This document shows positions 58,931-64,000 of a DNA stretch of 64,000 nucleotides, piece by piece. Position 1 is the stretch's first letter, and every line of letters starts with the position of its first letter. The notes below the pieces were generated by a model. That model was not told the DNA's origin and did not search any database. It saw nothing but the letters and a program-made list of their open reading frames with translations. The position numbers and the translations under genes are program-made. Source of the stretch: an uncultured delta proteobacterium (GTDB lineage: Bacteria > Desulfobacterota > Desulfobacteria > Desulfobacterales > JAHEIW01); NCBI GenBank assembly GCA_963706575.1, contig CAVPNL010000015.1, positions 448,001-512,000 on the forward strand, given 5' to 3'.

Positions 58931-61900
58931 CTACCCGGACGAAGTGACCGAAGTGGCTTCATTCCGCAGGATCCGATTCTGCTCGCGTTGGCGCAACCCG
59001 AGTTCCTGCTTGGGCTTCCAGTCGTCCGCGCAGCGCAGGCAGTCTTGGGCCCGAACCGCATCACCGAGTTTCTGATACGCCATGGCCAAGACATACAGAT
59101 CCGTGGCGTTCAGCCTGTCGCTGGTCTTGGCCAGTCGGTCCTCGAACCAGGCAACGGCCTCTGGAATCCGATCATTGCGATAGAGAGCCAGGCCGATCGT
59201 GTTGGCGACGTTGCGGTCATGTTCGACCTCGAGCGTTCGGATCTTCTCTGCCAGCAACAGGGCAATCGTGGGATGGCGCAGCGAGATATCTGGGCCCACC
59301 ATGGGCCGCGCCGCCATGTCCAGGGAAAGCGGGTCGTTTCGCGTCCGGTTCAAAAACTCGACCCGGTCGGCGGCGGCCTGATCCGGATCGCCAAGCTGGG
59401 CGTGGCACTCGGCACGCAACCCAAACGCGAGGCGGGCGAGGATCTGATTCGATTCGATCACGCGGGAACAGTCCGCGACGGCAGCGTGGTATCGTCCCAG
59501 GCGAAACTGCCATTCGGCGCAGGAGGCGAAGCTCGACATCGTCGCTGCGCTGCAGCACCCAATTGGCATCCTCAATCGCCCCGGCAAACCCTCGCTGCTC
59601 GGCCTGCACATACGCCCGCCATTGTCGCGGCGTAATGGCAGCGGGAAGTCGCTCACAGGCCCGAGTCAACAGTCCAAGCGCTGCGCAAGTCATAGTGCCT
59701 GATGGCTCCCATGCCTGCCGAGAACGCCGCGTAACCGTCCTGCACGTTTTGCTCAGCTTTCTCCCTGGCTCGCCGATCGACGAGTTCCAACAGTTCGTCG
59801 GCCGTCTTGATGTTCTGCAGTTCGGGCGCCACCACGATCTCCCACGAACCTGCACCCGCCCTCGCGGCCCAGGGAAACGGAGGCGATTTCCAGTCCAAGC
59901 CAAACTTTTTCAATTGGGTTCGAATCCGGCGCAAGTCGAACATCACGCAGGCCGCGTCCTGCTGCCGACAAAGCACGAGATGGCCGCTGGGGGAGCAAAG
60001 AGGCGGTGCAAGCCTCGGGCCCTTCCAGTCGAGCCAGTGAGCGACCGGACTCCGCTTCGACCAAGCCGATGATACCCGCCGAATCGCAGGTCAAAATCTG
60101 CGTGCCATCGCGTGAGAGATCGAACGACACTCCAGCGTCGTGCACGGCCGAACGTTGCCACGTGCCGGACCTCACCCGCCCACCTCCGGCAAGCAGCCAC
60201 TGACCGTCACGACTGAAGCGGGGTACGCTTGGGCCTGGGAATGACTGGATGGCGACTGTTGGCGCTTTGCTGTCGACCACGCGGGTGAGCGCCAGTTTTC
60301 CGTACTCAGCGCGACATATTGCCCGTCGGGCGAAACCGCACACCGGGTCCCCGACTGCTGGCCGAGCACCTTCCGCGCGGCGGGCTCGCCGGCCGTCTTG
60401 ATCCAGCAGCCCGCATACTCCTGCGTGCCCATGCCGTTCCAGGCCCCAGCCGCCAGGACCGAGCCGTCGTCGCTGGTGCCGAGATACACGTTTCCCCCGC
60501 CGGCAAACAGGTGCACCCGTTCGGGACAACCCAGCTCCAGCCGCAGCCTATCGCCCTGGGTGACGCGACAGGGCCAGCGCAAGAAACCTCCCAGCCCGCT
60601 GACGTACAAGTTACCGTTCGCATCGAAGCACACATCGTAGGCACCGAAGTCGTTCCACGTCGTTCGCAGCAGCACATCGCCCGTGTCCGTGGCGACCAGC
60701 TGGATTCCATCTTTGACGCCGACCGCTACGACCGCGCCGGTCGGATCAAAACTCAGATTGGCTGCCGCCACGTCATTCGGCTGCATCAGCGGGTAGTATT
60801 CGTAGCCTGACGCCAGCGACATGACTCCAAATCGCTGCGGCTGATCCGGCGAAGCAAACAGGCCAGCGATGCGTCCCGCCGGATCGAGTTTCAGATTACA
60901 CACGGCGAATAGCCCGTTCAGCGCTCGGGATCGGAAAAGCGCGTCACCGCTGTAGCTGTCCACCAACGTCAACCGATGCGACCAACCCAGCATCAGCAGC
61001 CGATCTCCCTGGGAGTTAAACCGTACGCAAGAGCCCCCACCGGCCGCTTCCCGCGACGGTCGATCCGTACGGACCAGACGGGCCTGTCCCTCAGCTGCGT
61101 CGAATTCGTACCAATGGGTGGCATCGCCATGGGCGTTTATGATCACCAATCGCTGGCCGTCGGGCGACCAATCCGCGCACCCAGTAACCGGGATAGTCGT
61201 CTTCGATTCCCGGCCGGAGCTGCATCACCGTCTCGCCGGTCCGCCAGTTGCGGACGTGGATTTCATCGCGGAAATAGGAGTGGAGCATCACGAGTGGGTG
61301 CGTCGGATGGAGTACGATCTGCGGTTCGCGAGAGAAGGGCGCGGTTGGCAGTTTCGCCAGGGCTTTACCGGTCGGGACGTCGATGATCATCACTTCATTG
61401 CGATCGGCCACCGCCAGCAGCTTCCCATCACGAGCAACATGAAAGCGCTCGCAGCCCGTCTCATGAGACCATTGTCGCCGGGGTCGGTCCGCCGACACGT
61501 CCCACAGCTCAAACGCAAGACTCAACTGGCCCGTCACGAGTAGCCGGTCGTTGCCAATGAAGTGGACGAGAACATCCTGGTCCAGTCGTGGAATGCGGGC
61601 CAAGTCCCGGTGATCGCTACGGCGACGCAAGCGGATATCCCCCGTGGCGAACGCAATCGCATAGCGCCGACCGTCGTCGCTGATCGTCCCCACCCGGACG
61701 GCTTCCGCTTCCGTGCGAAACGCCTCGACGTAGGCATCGGGCAGGGCGAGTGCCGCGATGGCCTCGTCACGCAGCGGATCGAACCAGTCGGTCGGTTGTT
61801 CCAGATCGCGTCCGATTTCCACGGCCTGTCGCAAAGCCGCGAGTGCCTCAAACCGCTGCCCCGGCCGACGGCTGAGCCGGATGCCATGGGCGCGGCCCAC

Positions 61901-63355
61901 GGCTGCCTCGGCTTGCCCTGCACGGGCGGCTCGTTCCGATTTTTCGGAGCGTGCTCGGGCGACATGCAGACGCTGGGCGAAAACCAGCGACCCGGCCGCA
62001 ATGAGAATCAGCAACAGAATCGAGGCGATGGCCAGGGACGAAGCGGCCGGATATCGCCGAAACGTACGGAGGGCGGCCTCCCTCCAATTCTCCCGACGCG
62101 CGGTAATTGGCCGATAGTGGAGGAACCGCGTCAAGTCGTCCGCCAATGCGGCCGCGCTGCTGTAGCGATGATGGGGTTCCTTACGCAGGCACTTATGCGC
62201 AATGGTCTCCAAATCAACGGGCACGCTGGGCTCCAGCTGCCGCACGAAGACCGGTTCCTGGTCCCGAAGTTGTACCAGCGTTTCCGACAGAGTGGTTCCG
62301 CGGAAAGGAGGTCGACCAGTCAGACACTCGTACAGAATCGCGCCGACGGAATAGACGTCCGCTGCCAGACCGATTCGCTTCCCGTCGCCCCAGGCCTGCT
62401 CAGGGGCCATGTAGGCCGGCGTGCCCATAACACTGCCGGTGGCGGTTGCCGCCAGGTCGCTGGTGAGCAATTTGGCAAGTCCGAAATCCGAGATTTTTGC
62501 CGTGGGGAGGGGGATGTTGGGATCGGTGAGAACACATTGCGTCGGTCGTCTGTCCCCACTCGACTCTTCCGGCGTCCCATTCCACTGCAGCAGGACATTT
62601 CCCGGCTTGAGGTCCCGATGGATGATCTCACCCTGGTGTGCCGCCGCCACGCCCTGGGCAACTTGAAGAATCAACTCGGCGGCCACGCGCGGCGGCAGAA
62701 TTTCACCCCGGATGTGGGACGCGAGACTGCCACCGGAACAGTATTCCATCGCCAAGGCAGGCAGACCGTTCAGCTGCGTGATGTCATGAATCTGTACGAT
62801 GTTGGGATGACGGACCCTGGCAATGGCCTCGGCTTCCTGGCGAAAGCGAACGACGTCACTGTCGGCCGCGTCGATGCCGGCTCGCAGGAGTTTAATGGCC
62901 ACGACCCGCTTCAATTGCGTATCCCAGGCACGGTAGACCACCCCCATCGCACCTTGACCAATCGGCTCGCATAACACGTAACGGTCCGAAACGGCCAGCG
63001 TTGTGGCCCAAGTAGGGGCGGCGTCGAGTACTGCGTCGTCGGCGATCAACAGGTCGATTTCCCGTTGAACTTGCAGCAGTTCCGCGAGTTCGGGATATCG
63101 CTGCTGGTACTCCGCAAGCGCTGGATGATCACCCGCCTGCTCGCGCAACTCGAGTTCATTGTGGATCAGTTCCAGGAGCAGCTCCTGGTGAAACTTTGTG
63201 CCGCGAAGTTCTTCCGCGAGCGCATCGACGGAGGAGCCACGGCCGAGTGCCCAGTCCCGCTCTTGACGTGCGAGGATCGCGGCAAGGTGCGGCTCCCACT
63301 CGTGCGCGTGAACGGGAACCGAGGAAGTAGTGGGCTCCGGAGGGGGATCAGGCAT
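58931..63355 (-). CDS. Ser/Thr kinase + WD40-like propeller + TPR protein, several frameshifts
   Basis: IGQGAMGVVY, VAIK, HRDLKPGN, DFGLAK, GTPAYMAPEQ, PVDLETI; beta-propeller-like fragments 59.7-61.9 kb; TPR-like tail (NTIGLALYR, YVLAMAYQKLG). Confidence 0.8.
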
Positions 63356-63954
63356 CGTCCAAGCCCAGCCGCAACTCGCAGGCGGCCCGCCGCAGGGCGC
63401 GCGAGAGCCGCTTTCTCAAGACGACCGCAGAGGTGGCATCGATTCCTGCAATCCGGTCCCAGGCTATCCCCTGTCGCCGAAGTCGAAAAGATGCGCCGCT
63501 CGTCGGGAAGAAGACGGCGGTCGATTTGCTCCAGCAGATCAGCCGTCAGCGCCCTCGTGTGGGGATCGGACGAAGCGTCCGTGGAAAGATCCTGCTCCTC
63601 TCCCCAGGAAATCGTCCTTCGCCGATCACGACGCTGCGCCCATTCTCGACGATTTAACGCCGCCAACTTCCGCCGGGCGATGGTGAAGAGAAGATTTTGC
63701 ATCGCCTGCGGGCTGTCCAGCTGAAACTCACCCGCCGCACAACGAATCAGAAAACTTCCCAACGCTGATTGACAAACGTCGACCGAGTCCGCGGCCGCTT
63801 GCAGCGGCGTCCGAGCCAAACGCCGGCGAATCGAGCGGCGGATAAACGGTTCGTACTGGGCGACGAATTCTCCAACTGCCTGGGGATCACCCATCCGCAA
63901 AAGTTGCAACGTCTCGGAAAACTCCATCTTGACCGCTCGCTCATCCTTCGACAT
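63348..63954 (-). CDS. ECF sigma factor, one frameshift, overlapping the kinase start
   Basis: GDPQA, YEPFIRRSIR, DSVDVCQS, LFTIARRK; removing one T near 63487 restores sigma4 (RLRRQGIAWDRIA...LRKRLSRAL) ending at GATGCCTGA. Confidence 0.8.
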
Positions 63955-64000
63955 GGCCGCTGCGATACGCAGACGACGAATCGCTCTATCTTACGGCGAT

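Noticed and set aside
58538..63724. Long plus-strand ORFs (365, 470, 219 aa)
   Set aside because: Antisense shadows of the high-GC kinase/ECF genes with no recognisable motifs.
58500..64000. Genomic island acquired by HGT
   Set aside because: No integrase, att/tRNA site or IS end, and genes are cut on both sides; artefact is more parsimonious.

Overview
Bases 1 to ~58,500 look like a moderate-GC anaerobe chromosome. The gene content (PilZ expansion, stand-alone GAF proteins, acetyl-CoA hydrolase-GNAT fusion, TAXI/TTT transporters) suggests Desulfobacterota, which is an inference. This part holds: a PilZ/GAF/receiver signalling region; a GntR-containing C4/C5-dicarboxylate-type catabolic operon (SucCD-like ligase, CitE-like lyase, ferredoxin, divergent SdhCAB, VOC, MmgE/PrpD, MFS) facing a TAXI-TRAP operon; exported VWA-OmpA and TPR-caspase proteins; a tartrate dehydrogenase/BKACE pair; a GntR-AKR-TTT-isomerase-split transketolase-hydroxypyruvate reductase cluster; and divergent trpD-like and aro (shikimate) units. 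The clearest signal missing from the ORF track is a back-to-back pair of ribosome-mediated attenuators at 52,990-53,485: a Trp leader (WWW) and a Tyr/Phe leader (YFYFYFY), each followed by two terminators. The trpD-like gene under the Trp leader has altered catalytic motifs. At ~58,500 the sequence switches abruptly to high-GC, Planctomycetota-like DNA (ECF sigma factor plus Ser/Thr kinase-WD40-TPR) with genes cut on both sides, most likely a chimeric join. Many single-base frameshifts from 51.8 kb onward look like sequencing or consensus errors. No rRNA, tRNA, CRISPR array or transposase was recognised.
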